Of a stretch of DNA of 64,000 nucleotides, positions 28,352-39,141 are shown one piece after another (the first letter of the stretch is position 1; each line of letters starts with the position of its first letter). The stretch comes from an uncultured Bacillales bacterium (GTDB lineage: Bacteria; Bacillota_I; Bacilli_A; RFN20; CAG-826): assembly GCA_946630435.1 (NCBI GenBank), contig CAMOYS010000001.1, positions 7,433-71,432 on the forward strand. Reading direction: 5' to 3'. The notes under the pieces are model-generated. The model was not told where the DNA came from and did no database searches. It saw only the letters and a list, made by a program, of their open reading frames with translations. The position numbers and the translations under genes are program-made.

Positions 28352-29711
28352 CTCCTCTAGCCTCCCTTTTATATCTTTCTACTCTTTGTTTACGGATTTC
28401 TTTTTTAATTAGTTCGCGACGGTGTTTACGCTTAATATCTTTAACTTCTTCCCTGATTTTCTTTTTATAACCAGGTTTAACTTTCTTATTTTTACCTTTA
28501 AGCATTGAAGTTGTTCTTTTGATTTTATTATCAAGTTCTTCATCCTTTTTCTTTTTGGTTGGATGAGTTTTTTCAATTCCTTTACCTTCAAGGAGTTTAT
28601 TATCTTTTAAGACTAAATATTTAAATGTTGTTCCATGAGAGATAAGTTCTAATGGCTTTTTCGTTGAATCACTATTATAGAAAACATAAGAATTACCTAG
28701 TTTATCAAATCTTCCGGTTCTACCCGCGCGGTGATAATAGAATTCGATATTGCTTGGAAGATCAACGCTTAAAACATCACTTACATCTTTAATATCTAGT
28801 CCCCTACTAGCCATATCGCTACAGACTAAAATATAGATTTGCTCATTAATGAGCATCTTCATGATGTTTTTTCTTTCTCTTGCGCTTAAATCCCCGGTTA
28901 ATAAACCAACTTTATATTTATTTTCTTTTAAATAAGCATATATTTCGTTCGCAGTTTCTTTTTTAGATGCAAACACCATCAAAAGGTATGGATTTTTAAT
29001 ATCGATAAATTGTCTAACTGCTTCTTTTTTATCGATGTATTTAATATCAATTAAGTAATGAGTGACATTATCGCTAGTTAAAATATCTTCATTAGTAATT
29101 TCAATATTTGTTCCCACATATTTAGATAAAACGCTTAGGCAGTTATTTTCTAAGGTAGCAGAGAACACTAAATATTGAACCTTATGGTCAATAACATCTA
29201 TTACTGGATCAATTAATTCGAAATAGCCTTCTTTAAGAAGCATATCCGCTTCATCAAAGACGACGGTTTTAACGCTTCTAAGTGATAAAATATCGTTTTT
29301 AACGATAACATCATGTAGTCTTCCTGGCGTAGCAATTAAAATTTGAGTGCCATCTTTAAGTCCCGAAATTGAATTAGCAAGTTCTTCCCCTGCTTTAATT
29401 AAGCGAACTTTTACTGGCTTTTCGTAATTTATTAATAATTCGTTAGCAAAGCTAAAGATTTGGCTAGCTAATTCTCTTGTAGGAGCGATTATTAAAGCCT
29501 GAACTTCTTTAAGACTTGGATCAATACTTTCTAGAATTGGGACTAAGTAACATAAGGTCTTTCCACTTCCAGTTGCAGATTGAACGAGTAAAGTCTCTCC
29601 TTTAAGAGCTTTAGGAATAACTCGAAGTTGAATTGGAGATGGGTTAAAATACTTCGCCTTATTAAGCGAATTAAGCATATCAGTAGATAAATTTAGACCT
29701 TTAAATGACAT
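28344..29711 (-). CDS. DEAD-box ATP-dependent RNA helicase (CshA/CshB-like)
   Basis: 455 aa with a Q motif, AxTGSGKT, DEAD, SAT and HRAGRTGR, plus a Lys/Arg-rich C-terminal tail. Confidence 0.85.
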   Translation of the reverse strand: MSFKGLNLSTDMLNSLNKAKYFNPSPIQLRVIPKALKGETLLVQSATGSGKTLCYLVPILESIDPSLKEVQALIIAPTRELASQIFSFANELLINYEKPVKVRLIKAGEELANSISGLKDGTQILIATPGRLHDVIVKNDILSLRSVKTVVFDEADMLLKEGYFELIDPVIDVIDHKVQYLVFSATLENNCLSVLSKYVGTNIEITNEDILTSDNVTHYLIDIKYIDKKEAVRQFIDIKNPYLLMVFASKKETANEIYAYLKENKYKVGLLTGDLSARERKNIMKMLINEQIYILVCSDMASRGLDIKDVSDVLSVDLPSNIEFYYHRAGRTGRFDKLGNSYVFYNSDSTKKPLELISHGTTFKYLVLKDNKLLEGKGIEKTHPTKKKKDEELDNKIKRTTSMLKGKNKKVKPGYKKKIREEVKDIKRKHRRELIKKEIRKQRVERYKREARGDE

Positions 29712-29765
29712 AACTTTGTTAATTATACACTAGAAATGAATAATGTGCTAATATGTAAGCATATT

Positions 29766-30635
29766 ATGGAAGTTAAAGTTATTAAGCCATTCGGTTATTG
29801 CGCTGGCGTTGAACACGCAATCTTAATGGCGATAAATATTAAACTTAAAAACCCAAATCGACATGTCGTTATTTTGGGGATGCTCGTTCATAATCATGAC
29901 ACGCTTAAAATGCTTAAAAAAGAAGGCGTAGATGTCATTTATGAAAAAGGAAAAACATATTTAGAATTAATAGATAAAGTTAAAGATGATGATATCGTTA
30001 TTTTAACTGCGCATGGTCACGCCCTTGAAGTAGAAACTATCTTAAAAGATAGACATATTGAATATGTTGATACCACTTGCCCATTTGTGAAAAAGAATCA
30101 TGAGCGTATTTTAAAAGCGTTAAACGAAGGCCATGAAGTTATCTATATTGGTAAAGAAAACCACCCAGAAGCTATCGCTGCGTTATCGCTTAATAAAGAT
30201 AAAGTACACTTATTAGATATAAATAAAAATAATAAGTTACATCTTAAAGATGAATCCCCATTCGTGGTGAATCAAACCACTCTTTCAGAGCTTGAAATTT
30301 CCCAAATAGTTGAGAACCTATATGAAATTTATCCAAAAGCGATAATTACTGATACGGTTTGTTATTCATCAAGTGAAAGACAAAAAGCCATCTTATCAAT
30401 AGATAAAGATATCGATATTATTTATGTTTTGGGTAGTACAATTTCCAATAACACTTTAACCTTAAAGAAGCTTGCGGAAGAGTCTCACCCTAATTCAAAA
30501 GTAATCATGATTGAAAATGCTTCCTTTATTAATAAAGAAGATTTAAAGGGAGTAAAGAAAGTCGCTATTACTTCTGGTGCATCCACTTCGAAAGAAACGG
30601 TTCTAGAAGTGAAAGAGTTCTTAGAAAATATTTAA
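29766..30635 (+). CDS. ispH: 4-hydroxy-3-methylbut-2-enyl diphosphate reductase (IspH/LytB)
   Basis: The track ORF starts at 29736, but the IspH consensus N-terminus (MxIxxAxPRGFCAGV) aligns with the Met at 29766 (MEVKVIKPFGYCAGV). Three conserved Cys residues are present. Confidence 0.85.
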   Translation: MEVKVIKPFGYCAGVEHAILMAINIKLKNPNRHVVILGMLVHNHDTLKMLKKEGVDVIYEKGKTYLELIDKVKDDDIVILTAHGHALEVETILKDRHIEYVDTTCPFVKKNHERILKALNEGHEVIYIGKENHPEAIAALSLNKDKVHLLDINKNNKLHLKDESPFVVNQTTLSELEISQIVENLYEIYPKAIITDTVCYSSSERQKAILSIDKDIDIIYVLGSTISNNTLTLKKLAEESHPNSKVIMIENASFINKEDLKGVKKVAITSGASTSKETVLEVKEFLENI

Positions 30636-30668
30636 AAAGCTGACATATGTCAGCTCTTCTTTTTATTT
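30634..30668. terminator. bidirectional terminator between the convergent ispH and nif3 genes
   Basis: Perfect palindrome AGCTGACATATGTCAGCT flanked by an A-run on the left and a T-run on the right. Confidence 0.75.
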
Positions 30669-31439
30669 GATTAGTTCAGGTAGTTTTTCGTGATCCACGA
30701 TATCAATTCTTAATGAAGGATCTATTTCAAGTAGAAGTTCTTTCATTGTTGGCATGAAGATTCTTTCAATTTCGTGTGACACTTCTAAATAGTTATAGTG
30801 ATTCGCAATTACTTCTCTACGTACATGATGAGGAGCGTCACCTGAAATAAATAAATCATAACCTTCTTTTTGTGCTTCTTTATAGCGGCGGGAACCACCA
30901 CCACCAACGATTGCCACTGTTTTAATTCTTTCTTTTCCAGCGTGAACGAGTAAAGAATAATCTAAACCCATAATTTTGTTAAAATACTTAACAAAGTCAT
31001 GGATTTCCATTTCTTCAGCTAGTTCTCCACCCCTCGCCATTGAACAGAATTCAAGTGGTTTAATGTTTTTTAAGCCCATCTTTTGAGCTAAAGCATCATT
31101 CATTCCGCGATAACCTGTATCGAAGTTAGTGTGCATTGAATAAACAGGAATATCTAGTTCATCTACTTTATTAACTAGTTCGCGCTTAATCTCATCATAT
31201 TTTAAGGTGCGGTATCTAGTTCCATAGATAAATGGATGGTGAGTGAGAATTAAATCTGGCTTATGATCAAGTTTTAAGATTTCATTTAAAGAAATCTCAT
31301 CTAAATCTAAACATAATACGATATGACTAGTTTCTTCTTTTAAATTACCAGTCATTAAACCCACAAAGTCTCCTCTTGATTTGATTCTTTTTGGGAAATA
31401 TTTCGCAAGTTGTCTTAAAAGTAGATTAGTTTTCATCAT
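30663..31439 (-). CDS. Nif3-family dinuclear metal center protein (YqfO-like)
   Basis: 258 aa with NIF3 family architecture. It sits in the yqfN-yqfO-sigA-dnaG neighbourhood. Confidence 0.75.
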   Translation of the reverse strand: MMKTNLLLRQLAKYFPKRIKSRGDFVGLMTGNLKEETSHIVLCLDLDEISLNEILKLDHKPDLILTHHPFIYGTRYRTLKYDEIKRELVNKVDELDIPVYSMHTNFDTGYRGMNDALAQKMGLKNIKPLEFCSMARGGELAEEMEIHDFVKYFNKIMGLDYSLLVHAGKERIKTVAIVGGGGSRRYKEAQKEGYDLFISGDAPHHVRREVIANHYNYLEVSHEIERIFMPTMKELLLEIDPSLRIDIVDHEKLPELIK

Positions 31440-32031
31440 CTTCTAACTCCTTTAATTTCTTTTCAATCAAACTGGATTTAACTCGTTTATTAATCACTTT
31501 AAGTTCATCTATATTGCTACTTTCTTCATTATAATGAAGTCCATAACGATAAACATCATTTGGATAGGTCGCTTTACCTTTGATGAATCGGGTAATTAAA
31601 TAGTTTTTTCCTGCCTCAGTTACTTTTATTTCTTCATCAATCTTATAATCTAAAATAACTAAGACACGACGGACTAATTCATAATCAGAATGAGGTTCGA
31701 GAATAATTTCTTTTACGTTTTGAAGCTTATCTTCGTTTTCTAAAAGGATTTCAACGATATTTATACCGCCCATCCCAGCGATAACAAGCGAGTTAACATC
31801 TTCCTTTAAATCTTTAATTCCATTCGATAATAAAGAGGTAACTTTAGTTAAACCGTCTACATTATGAGAAAGATTTAAAAAAGGCCCCTTCTTATTTTCC
31901 ACCGCATAGATTTTCTTGATATTATCGCTTTGCGATAAAATCTTCTCTAATTCCCCGTGATCTGCGCCGACATCAAAAACGGTGTCATAAGATACTAAGG
32001 ATGCGATTTTACTTAAACGAAGGGACCTCAT
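31426..32031 (-). CDS. trmK: tRNA (adenine22-N1)-methyltransferase TrmK
   Basis: 201 aa with LRLSKIASL, DVGADHG and IAGMGG motifs like B. subtilis YqfN. Confidence 0.75.
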   Translation of the reverse strand: MRSLRLSKIASLVSYDTVFDVGADHGELEKILSQSDNIKKIYAVENKKGPFLNLSHNVDGLTKVTSLLSNGIKDLKEDVNSLVIAGMGGINIVEILLENEDKLQNVKEIILEPHSDYELVRRVLVILDYKIDEEIKVTEAGKNYLITRFIKGKATYPNDVYRYGLHYNEESSNIDELKVINKRVKSSLIEKKLKELEDDEN

Positions 32032-32040
32032 AACTTATTT

Positions 32041-33330
32041 CTACTTAAGATATTTATAGTCACTTAAGCGTTTGGAACGGTTTTGATGAGAAAGTTTCTT
32101 TAAAGCTTTCGCTTCAATTTGTCTAATACGTTCACGAGTAACGCCAAATTCACGACCGACTTCTTCAAGAGTTCTTGGATGGTTATCATCTAAACCATAA
32201 CGGAGTCTAAGGACTCTTTCTTCTCTATCAGTTAAGTCTTTCATGACTTCATAAAGAGCGTCTCTTAAAAGAGATCTTGTTGTGTATTCATCTGGAGACA
32301 TTGTTTCTTTGTCTTCGACAAAGTCTCCTAAATGAGAATCTTCTTCTTCCCCAATTGGAGTTTCAAAAGAAACTGGTTCTTGGTTAAGTCTTTGGATTTC
32401 TCTAATTCTTTCTGGAGAAAGGAATCCATCAAGTTTCGCACTGATTTCTTCCGCGGTTGGTTCTCTATCAAGTTCTTGAACGAGTTGTCTTTGAGCGCGG
32501 GTAATCTTATTAATTGTTTCCACCATATGGACTGGAATACGAATGGTGCGAGCTTGGTCAGCGATTGAACGGTTGATAGCTTGACGAATCCACCAGGTGG
32601 CGTAAGTTGAAAACTTAAAGCCTTTAGTGTAGTCAAACTTTTCCACCGCTTTAATTAAGCCAGTATTACCTTCTTGGACTAAATCTAAGAATGGCATACC
32701 GCGTCCAGTATATCTTTTGGCAATAGCGATAACTAAACGTAGGTTAGCATTAATGAGTTGCTCTTTAGCTTCTTCATCACCTTCAGCGATTCTTTTAGCG
32801 ATGATTGGCTCTTCTTCAGGGGTGAGTAATGGGACTTTACCGATTTCTCTTAAATAGATTTTAACGGAATCGTTAACTTTAACATCACCACTGACAAATT
32901 TAGTTAAGTCAGAAAGGTCTTGTTCAGTTGGAACATCATCTTCATTCAATTCGATTTCATCTTCATCAAAGAAATCATCGGCGTCGGCATCGAGGAATAA
33001 ATCATCTTCGCTTTCATCGCCAGTGAAATCGATGTTATCGATTGAGAGTTCATCGTCATCAGAGACAACGTTGATACCATTTTTCTTAAAATAGTCCATC
33101 ATCTCTTCGATATCATCATCGGTAAGATCAAATTGAGTGAAGGCTTCATCAATTTCAGATTGTTCTAAAGTATTTCCTTCTTCTTTGGCCTTAGCCACTA
33201 AACGTTTTTTGATGGAATCAGCTGTTTCGATTTCATCTTCATCGTCATCTAATAAAAGCGCAGGTTTTTTAATCTTCGCTTCCTTAGCGGCGGCTGGTTT
33301 TTTCTTGGTGTCTTTCTCTTTTTTTGGCAT
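32041..33330 (-). CDS. rpoD: RNA polymerase primary sigma factor
   Basis: 429 aa with an acidic region 1.1 and conserved regions 2-4 ([10 protein letters not shown], the rpoD box). Confidence 0.95.
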   Translation of the reverse strand: MPKKEKDTKKKPAAAKEAKIKKPALLLDDDEDEIETADSIKKRLVAKAKEEGNTLEQSEIDEAFTQFDLTDDDIEEMMDYFKKNGINVVSDDDELSIDNIDFTGDESEDDLFLDADADDFFDEDEIELNEDDVPTEQDLSDLTKFVSGDVKVNDSVKIYLREIGKVPLLTPEEEPIIAKRIAEGDEEAKEQLINANLRLVIAIAKRYTGRGMPFLDLVQEGNTGLIKAVEKFDYTKGFKFSTYATWWIRQAINRSIADQARTIRIPVHMVETINKITRAQRQLVQELDREPTAEEISAKLDGFLSPERIREIQRLNQEPVSFETPIGEEEDSHLGDFVEDKETMSPDEYTTRSLLRDALYEVMKDLTDREERVLRLRYGLDDNHPRTLEEVGREFGVTRERIRQIEAKALKKLSHQNRSKRLSDYKYLK

Positions 33331-33362
33331 ATATTAGTTTCCTTTCTAACTAAATTATGTTT

Positions 33363-35177
33363 CTATTTATTGGTTCTTTTGATGTAATCATCAAGAAGGC
33401 GAGCTTTCTCTTCATCGCTCTTCCCTTCAAAGGCTTGTTTAAGTAAATCCTTCTGATAAATCTTATCGCGCCTTAATTTAATCTCGTTTGCGTAATCAGT
33501 TAATACCGATTTGGTTTCAACTGGATTATCTTTCATCGTGATCGTTACTATTTCATCAATCAGCTCTTGTTTGTTCTCCATATCACTTAGTGATATCGTG
33601 GTAACTAAGTCCGCTGCATCGATCCCTTGATGAGATTTAGCGTAATCGAGAATGAAGTTAGCGATGTTTCGATAAAGCTCATCGGAGAAGTATTTAACAT
33701 TGCTCTCATAGAATTCAACGGCCTCTTTATTGATTAACATTTGACCTAGAAGTTGTTTTTCCGCATTCTTTAAGTACTTCATATCGCGGCTCATTTTTGT
33801 CTTTTGTTCCTTCGAGGTGTTTGTGAATTCACTATAAACAAAGCTTTCTTGTTTACTTTCCGCTTTTTGCTTTTCTTTTTTAGCTAAAGCTACGTGGTCT
33901 TTAATGGTGTTGACTTCAAAGCCAGTCACTCGCGCAAGCTTATAGATATAATCATTAAGTTCTAGACCGTTTTGAATACTTACAAGTAAAGGGGTAAAGT
34001 GATTAATTACTTTGTAACGGTCCGCTTGAGTGGCTAAAGGTGCTGTCTTTGTATAATAGGCTAAAGCGAAGTTAAATGGATTAACCAAAGTATTGATATA
34101 AGCGTTTAATCTTTCTGGTCCTTCTTTATGAAGGATTTCATCGGAGTCTTTACATATTTCGTTTGGATCGCTCACTAAACGATAATTGATTTTAGCTTCG
34201 TCAAACATAGAGATAATATTCATCATCGCAATTTGACCAGCTTTATCGTTATCTAGACAAAGTCTAATTTCAACATTTGCCCTTTTCAAAGTTTGAACAT
34301 TAGTTTTTGTCATCGCGGTTCCCATTAAACCAACGACTGAATGAACACCGATAGAATCAAGCGCGAATACATCCATGAAACCTTCTACAACATATAAATA
34401 GCCATCATGTTTCATGGTGTTTTTAGCTAAATCATAGTTATAGAGAATGTTTCCTTTGGAAAATATCTTCGTTTCAGCGGTATTAACATATTTAGGGTCG
34501 TCTTTATTAGCGTTATCGAGTTTACGGGCGCTAAAACCGACGAATTGGCCGTTATTATCTTTGATAGGGAAGATAACTCGACCGGCATTGCTATCCTTCA
34601 TCCCTGAGGTCTTTACAAGCGAAATACCAATATCTTCAATATTTTTATAGGAATACTCTTTTCTTTTTAAGTAATCGATAGATAAAGAGCCATCCTTAAA
34701 AGCATAACCTAAAGAGAATTTAGCGATTTGTTCATCACTTAAACCTCTTTCGGATAAATATTGATGAGCGACTCGGCCTTCTTCAGTACTAAGACCATAT
34801 TGATAGAAGGTAGCGAGGTCTGTTATGCATTTGTATAAAGTTGCTTTAGATTCATCCACTTTTACTTTGAATTCGTTTTGATGGAGTCTTGGATCATCAT
34901 AACCAATCATTTCAGCGACGCGCTTAATTGCTTCACTATAAGTGATATTCTCATAGCGAGATACAAAACTAAAGACATCGCCGCTAGTGCCACATACAAA
35001 GCACTTAAACATATTCTTATCTTTAGATATGGATAAGGATGGGTTATGGTCATCGTGAAAAGGACAAATGGCAAAATAGTTACGACCTTTTTTGATAACA
35101 TTAATGTAGCTTGAAATAATGTCGACAATATCGGCACGGGATTTGATTTCGGCTACAAGAGATGGATCAAAGGCCAT
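33363..35177 (-). CDS. dnaG: DNA primase
   Basis: 604 aa with an N-terminal zinc ribbon (CPFHDDHNPS...CFVCG) and Toprim and DnaB-binding domains. Confidence 0.9.
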   Translation of the reverse strand: MAFDPSLVAEIKSRADIVDIISSYINVIKKGRNYFAICPFHDDHNPSLSISKDKNMFKCFVCGTSGDVFSFVSRYENITYSEAIKRVAEMIGYDDPRLHQNEFKVKVDESKATLYKCITDLATFYQYGLSTEEGRVAHQYLSERGLSDEQIAKFSLGYAFKDGSLSIDYLKRKEYSYKNIEDIGISLVKTSGMKDSNAGRVIFPIKDNNGQFVGFSARKLDNANKDDPKYVNTAETKIFSKGNILYNYDLAKNTMKHDGYLYVVEGFMDVFALDSIGVHSVVGLMGTAMTKTNVQTLKRANVEIRLCLDNDKAGQIAMMNIISMFDEAKINYRLVSDPNEICKDSDEILHKEGPERLNAYINTLVNPFNFALAYYTKTAPLATQADRYKVINHFTPLLVSIQNGLELNDYIYKLARVTGFEVNTIKDHVALAKKEKQKAESKQESFVYSEFTNTSKEQKTKMSRDMKYLKNAEKQLLGQMLINKEAVEFYESNVKYFSDELYRNIANFILDYAKSHQGIDAADLVTTISLSDMENKQELIDEIVTITMKDNPVETKSVLTDYANEIKLRRDKIYQKDLLKQAFEGKSDEEKARLLDDYIKRTNK

Positions 35178-35220
35178 AATATTCCTCCTAACTTTATACT
35201 ATAAATCTACTAATAAACCA

Positions 35221-36588
35221 CTATTCTTCAATTTTATCTAAAAGATAGTTTCTAACTTCACTAATTGGAAGTCTGACTTGTTCCATAGTGTCACGGTTAC
35301 GGATTGTAACACTATTATCAGTGGCTGTATCGAAGTCAACAGTGATACAATATGGGGTTCCGATTGCGTCTTGTCGACGATATCTTTTACCGATAGAACC
35401 AGTCTCATCGTAAGTGATGGAGAAGTGTTTATTTAGTTTATTAACTAATTCTTTAGCTTGCTCTCCAAGTTGTTTGGATAATGGAAGAACTGCTGCTAAA
35501 TAAGGGGCTAAGATTGGTTTAAAGTGCATGACGATACGATCTTCCTTTTCAAGGTGTTCGACATCATACGCTTCGGTTGCGACCATTAAGAAGATTCTTT
35601 CAACACCCATTGATGGTTCGATACAATATGGGACGTATCTTTCATTAGTTTCTGGGTCTAAATAATCTAAAGATTGTTTACTATAAGAGATATGACGGTT
35701 TAAATCATAATCAGTACGGTCAGCAACGCCTAAGATTTCTCCCCAACCAAATGGGAATTTATATTCGACGTCGCAGGTTGCTTTACTATAGAAAGCAAGT
35801 TCAGCGGCTTCATGGTCTCTATAACGAAGGTTTTCTTCACTAATTCCTAATGATTCAAGGAACTTAAGTGAATAGTCTTTCCAATAGGAAAACCATTCTA
35901 AGTCAGTGCCAGGTTTACAGAAGAATTCCATTTCCATTTGTTCGAATTCTCTCACTCTAAAGATGAAGTTCCCTGGAGTGATTTCATTACGGAATGATTT
36001 ACCGATATTACAAATACCAAATGGGATTTTTCTTCTCGTTGTTCTTTGAACATTTTTAAAGTTAACGAACATTCCTTGAGCGGTTTCTGGTCTTAAATAG
36101 ACTTCAGTTGAGCTATCTTCAGTGACACCGATATGAGTTTTAAACATCATATTGAATTGGCGGATGTCAGTAAAGTTAGACTTACCACAGATAGGACATT
36201 TGACATGGTTATCTTTGATAAACTTAACCATATCTTCGTTTGTCATAGCGTGAACATCAACATCAGGATATTGTTCTTCAATTAAATTATCCGCACGATG
36301 ACGAGATTTGCATTCCTTACAGTCAATAAGGGGATCATTGAAAGTAGAAACGTGTCCGGTAGCTTCCCAAACTTTTGGGTTCATTAAGATTGCAGCGTCA
36401 AGTCCAACATTAGTTGGAGATTCATTAACGAACTTCCTCCACCACAATCTTTTAATGTTATTTTTGAGTTCAACTCCTAAAGGACCAAAGTCCCAGGAAT
36501 TAGAAAGTCCACCATAGATTTCGCTATCTTGATAGACAAATCCACTCGTAATTAAATGATTAACGATTTCATCGAATTTTTTATCCAT
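35221..36588 (-). CDS. glyQS: glycyl-tRNA synthetase (single-chain alpha2 type)
   Basis: 455-aa class II GlyRS with an anticodon-binding C-terminus. Confidence 0.9.
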   Translation of the reverse strand: MDKKFDEIVNHLITSGFVYQDSEIYGGLSNSWDFGPLGVELKNNIKRLWWRKFVNESPTNVGLDAAILMNPKVWEATGHVSTFNDPLIDCKECKSRHRADNLIEEQYPDVDVHAMTNEDMVKFIKDNHVKCPICGKSNFTDIRQFNMMFKTHIGVTEDSSTEVYLRPETAQGMFVNFKNVQRTTRRKIPFGICNIGKSFRNEITPGNFIFRVREFEQMEMEFFCKPGTDLEWFSYWKDYSLKFLESLGISEENLRYRDHEAAELAFYSKATCDVEYKFPFGWGEILGVADRTDYDLNRHISYSKQSLDYLDPETNERYVPYCIEPSMGVERIFLMVATEAYDVEHLEKEDRIVMHFKPILAPYLAAVLPLSKQLGEQAKELVNKLNKHFSITYDETGSIGKRYRRQDAIGTPYCITVDFDTATDNSVTIRNRDTMEQVRLPISEVRNYLLDKIEE

Positions 36589-36674
36589 TTTCTATACCTT
36601 CTTATATAAGCAATTGCGCAAAATTATAACTCGAAAAAGTTACTTGTCAACCATTTATAAGTGTATTTTTTAAA

Positions 36675-37400
36675 TTATTTGATTATTCTTCTTATGAAGG
36701 CGATGGATTTGAGGTTCAAGTCCACCGTATCAAGCGCGAATTGCTCTAATATATTTAAGACGTGTAATGATTCTTCTTTTGGAAGCACTGCTTTAGCGAA
36801 GTTATCGATATCTACTTTAAAGATGTAACGGAGGATCTTTAGTTCGTTTGCATTTAATTTAAGGTGAATAGAGGCGTCAAAACAGTTTTCACAAATAAAT
36901 CCTCCATCCATAGTAGAAAGGGCGGTAATTGCCTCTTTTTGGTGGCAAATTTGGCATGAATCAACATTGAGTCCATATCCAGTTGAGATTAAAACTTTCG
37001 CAAAATAGATTAAAGCAAGAGTTAAACCATCAAAGCCTTCATCAAGTAAAGAAAGAACCTTATCCAATATTGGATAAATGATCGAAGCTTCATCTTTAGA
37101 GATAATTTTATTAGTGATTTCTGATATAAAATCGAGGATCGCTAAGGAGGTTAAACCTTCCTTCGCATGCAGGTATGAATTTAATAAAGTGCCTGTTCGA
37201 AGGTTATAGCCTTCTTTTCCTTTAGATAGTTCAAGTCGAACTTTATTAAATTTAGTAACTAAAACTTTGTTTTTAGAATCAATCTTCATCACTCCTTTGG
37301 CTAAAAAGGAATGAATATTTTCGTTAGATAAAGCAGTCACCATCATATCATTATCTTTAAATGGTGACTCACGGAGGATGATTGCTTCAATTTCAAACAT
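36675..37400 (-). CDS. recO: DNA repair protein RecO
   Basis: 241 aa with an OB fold plus a C-terminal Cys4 zinc motif (CQICH...CENC). Confidence 0.8.
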   Translation of the reverse strand: MFEIEAIILRESPFKDNDMMVTALSNENIHSFLAKGVMKIDSKNKVLVTKFNKVRLELSKGKEGYNLRTGTLLNSYLHAKEGLTSLAILDFISEITNKIISKDEASIIYPILDKVLSLLDEGFDGLTLALIYFAKVLISTGYGLNVDSCQICHQKEAITALSTMDGGFICENCFDASIHLKLNANELKILRYIFKVDIDNFAKAVLPKEESLHVLNILEQFALDTVDLNLKSIAFIRRIIK

Positions 37401-37402
37401 AA

Positions 37403-38278
37403 TTAGTTTTTGTAGCCGAGTTCTTTTAATAAGCGAGGATTATTTAACCAGTCTTCTTTAACAGAAACGAATAATTCAAGATAGATTGGTTGATTATAAT
37501 ATTCTTCTAAATCTTTACGGGCTTTAATGCCGATAGCTTTAAGTCTCTTTCCTTCTTTACCGATGATTATTCCCTTATGGGAATTTTTATCAACGATAAT
37601 CGTTGCTTTAATATAAGTTGCCCCTTTAGAAGATTTAACAGAGTCCACTCTTACGGCGAGATAATGAGGGACTTCATCACGGAGAGTTAAAAGAAGCTTC
37701 TCTCTAATAACTTCCTTAATAAAGAAAGAAGAATCTTTATCACTCACTTGATCTTTTTCAAAATAACGTGGTCCTTCTTTCATGACCGCTTTAATTTCGT
37801 TAAGTAAAGTATCAACATTGAAGTTATCTAAAACAGACATCTCAATGATTTTAGCGTTTGGATACGCTAAAGCGTATTTGGCTTTGATATTCTCCGCTTC
37901 AGTGATACGGACTAAATCAATTTTATTTATAACAACGAAGAACGGACAATCTTTACGAAGAGTTTCCGCGATGTAACGATCTCCTTCATCAAATCTTCTT
38001 GAAGCATCGACAACAAGGACCACTGCATCCACTCCATTAACTGAAGTTAGAGCCTCTTTATTCATGTTTTCACCGAGTTTGGTGTTTGCTTTATGAATCC
38101 CAGGAGTGTCAACAAAAACGATCTGATATTCATCGTCATCATAGACTCCTCTAATAGAGTCTCTTGTTGTTTGAGCTTTATCAGTAACGATTGATAACTT
38201 AGTTTCGAGCAAAGCGTTAGTTAAAGTTGATTTACCAACATTAGGACGCCCCACAATTGCAACAAAACCAGTTTTCAT
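37403..38278 (-). CDS. era: GTPase Era
   Basis: 291 aa with G1 GRPNVGKST and a KH domain. Confidence 0.9.
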   Translation of the reverse strand: MKTGFVAIVGRPNVGKSTLTNALLETKLSIVTDKAQTTRDSIRGVYDDDEYQIVFVDTPGIHKANTKLGENMNKEALTSVNGVDAVVLVVDASRRFDEGDRYIAETLRKDCPFFVVINKIDLVRITEAENIKAKYALAYPNAKIIEMSVLDNFNVDTLLNEIKAVMKEGPRYFEKDQVSDKDSSFFIKEVIREKLLLTLRDEVPHYLAVRVDSVKSSKGATYIKATIIVDKNSHKGIIIGKEGKRLKAIGIKARKDLEEYYNQPIYLELFVSVKEDWLNNPRLLKELGYKN

Positions 38279-38679
38279 TATTCTAAATCCTCGCCTGAGA
38301 AAGCGAATGGAAGTAATTCACTAATAGTGGTTTCTTGGATGTTATCCTTAAGATTGCCCATATAAATTGGGGCATCTTTTGGGAATAATTCACTGATAAC
38401 TTGGCGGCACGCTCCACAAGGAGAACATGGTCCATCTGTATCAGCAGATAAAGCTAAGGCGACTAAGTCTTCCTTTTTACATCCATGCATATAAGCGTTA
38501 TATAAGGCGTTTCTTTCAGCGCACATACAAAGTGGATAAGAGGAATTTTCAATATTTGCCCCTAAAAATACTTCACCGCTTTTAGTTAAAACAGCAGCTC
38601 CAACAGCGAAATGGGAATATGGGGAATAAGAGAGCTTGCGGGCTTCTTTAGCTTTTTCATGTAAGGCAAATTTATCCAT
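38278..38679 (-). CDS. cdd: cytidine deaminase
   Basis: 133 aa with zinc ligands CAERNA and PCGACRQ. Confidence 0.9.
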   Translation of the reverse strand: MDKFALHEKAKEARKLSYSPYSHFAVGAAVLTKSGEVFLGANIENSSYPLCMCAERNALYNAYMHGCKKEDLVALALSADTDGPCSPCGACRQVISELFPKDAPIYMGNLKDNIQETTISELLPFAFSGEDLE

Positions 38680-39124
38680 CTTTTCTTTCTCCTAAAATCT
38701 TATCTTGAAGAGCAAACATCACTTCTTCATCCTCTTTCTTCATATGATCATATCCAAGTAAATGGAGTAAACCATGAACGAAGAGGAAGGACATTTCTCT
38801 ATTTAGAGAATGACCGTAGTCTTTAGCTTGTTCTTCCGCTTTTTGATACGAGATTATGATGCTTCCTAATGAGTTAGGCGCGTCTTCGTTAATTGTTTCT
38901 TCTTCATCATCATAAAAGGCGAAACTAATGACATCGGTTGGTCGATCGATACCTCGATAAGTCTTATTGATTTCGTGAATTCTATCATTATCCACGATTG
39001 AGACATCGATATAGTAATCGTCTTTAACCCCTACTTCCTTAAACACTTTATCCACTAAAGCAAGGAAAGTTGATTCATATTCATCAAATGATGAAGGTCC
39101 GTAATTAACAAAATCTAATTCCAT
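38672..39124 (-). CDS. ybeY: rRNA maturation endoribonuclease YbeY
   Basis: 150 aa with the HGLLHLLGYDH zinc motif. Confidence 0.9.
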   Translation of the reverse strand: MELDFVNYGPSSFDEYESTFLALVDKVFKEVGVKDDYYIDVSIVDNDRIHEINKTYRGIDRPTDVISFAFYDDEEETINEDAPNSLGSIIISYQKAEEQAKDYGHSLNREMSFLFVHGLLHLLGYDHMKKEDEEVMFALQDKILGERKDG

Positions 39125-39141
39125 ATTATCTCGTGGAGAAA

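Noticed and set aside
29736-29765. N-terminal 10-aa extension of IspH (MNNVLICKHI)
   Set aside because: The conserved IspH N-terminus aligns with the downstream Met at 29766. Neither start has a clear SD sequence, so the shorter form is preferred on homology grounds, but the longer start is not excluded.
36589-36674. T-box leader upstream of glyQS
   Set aside because: Only 86 bp separate glyQS from the recO stop, far too short for a T-box riboswitch of about 250 nt, and no specifier or T-box consensus was seen. glyQS is probably co-transcribed with the upstream operon.
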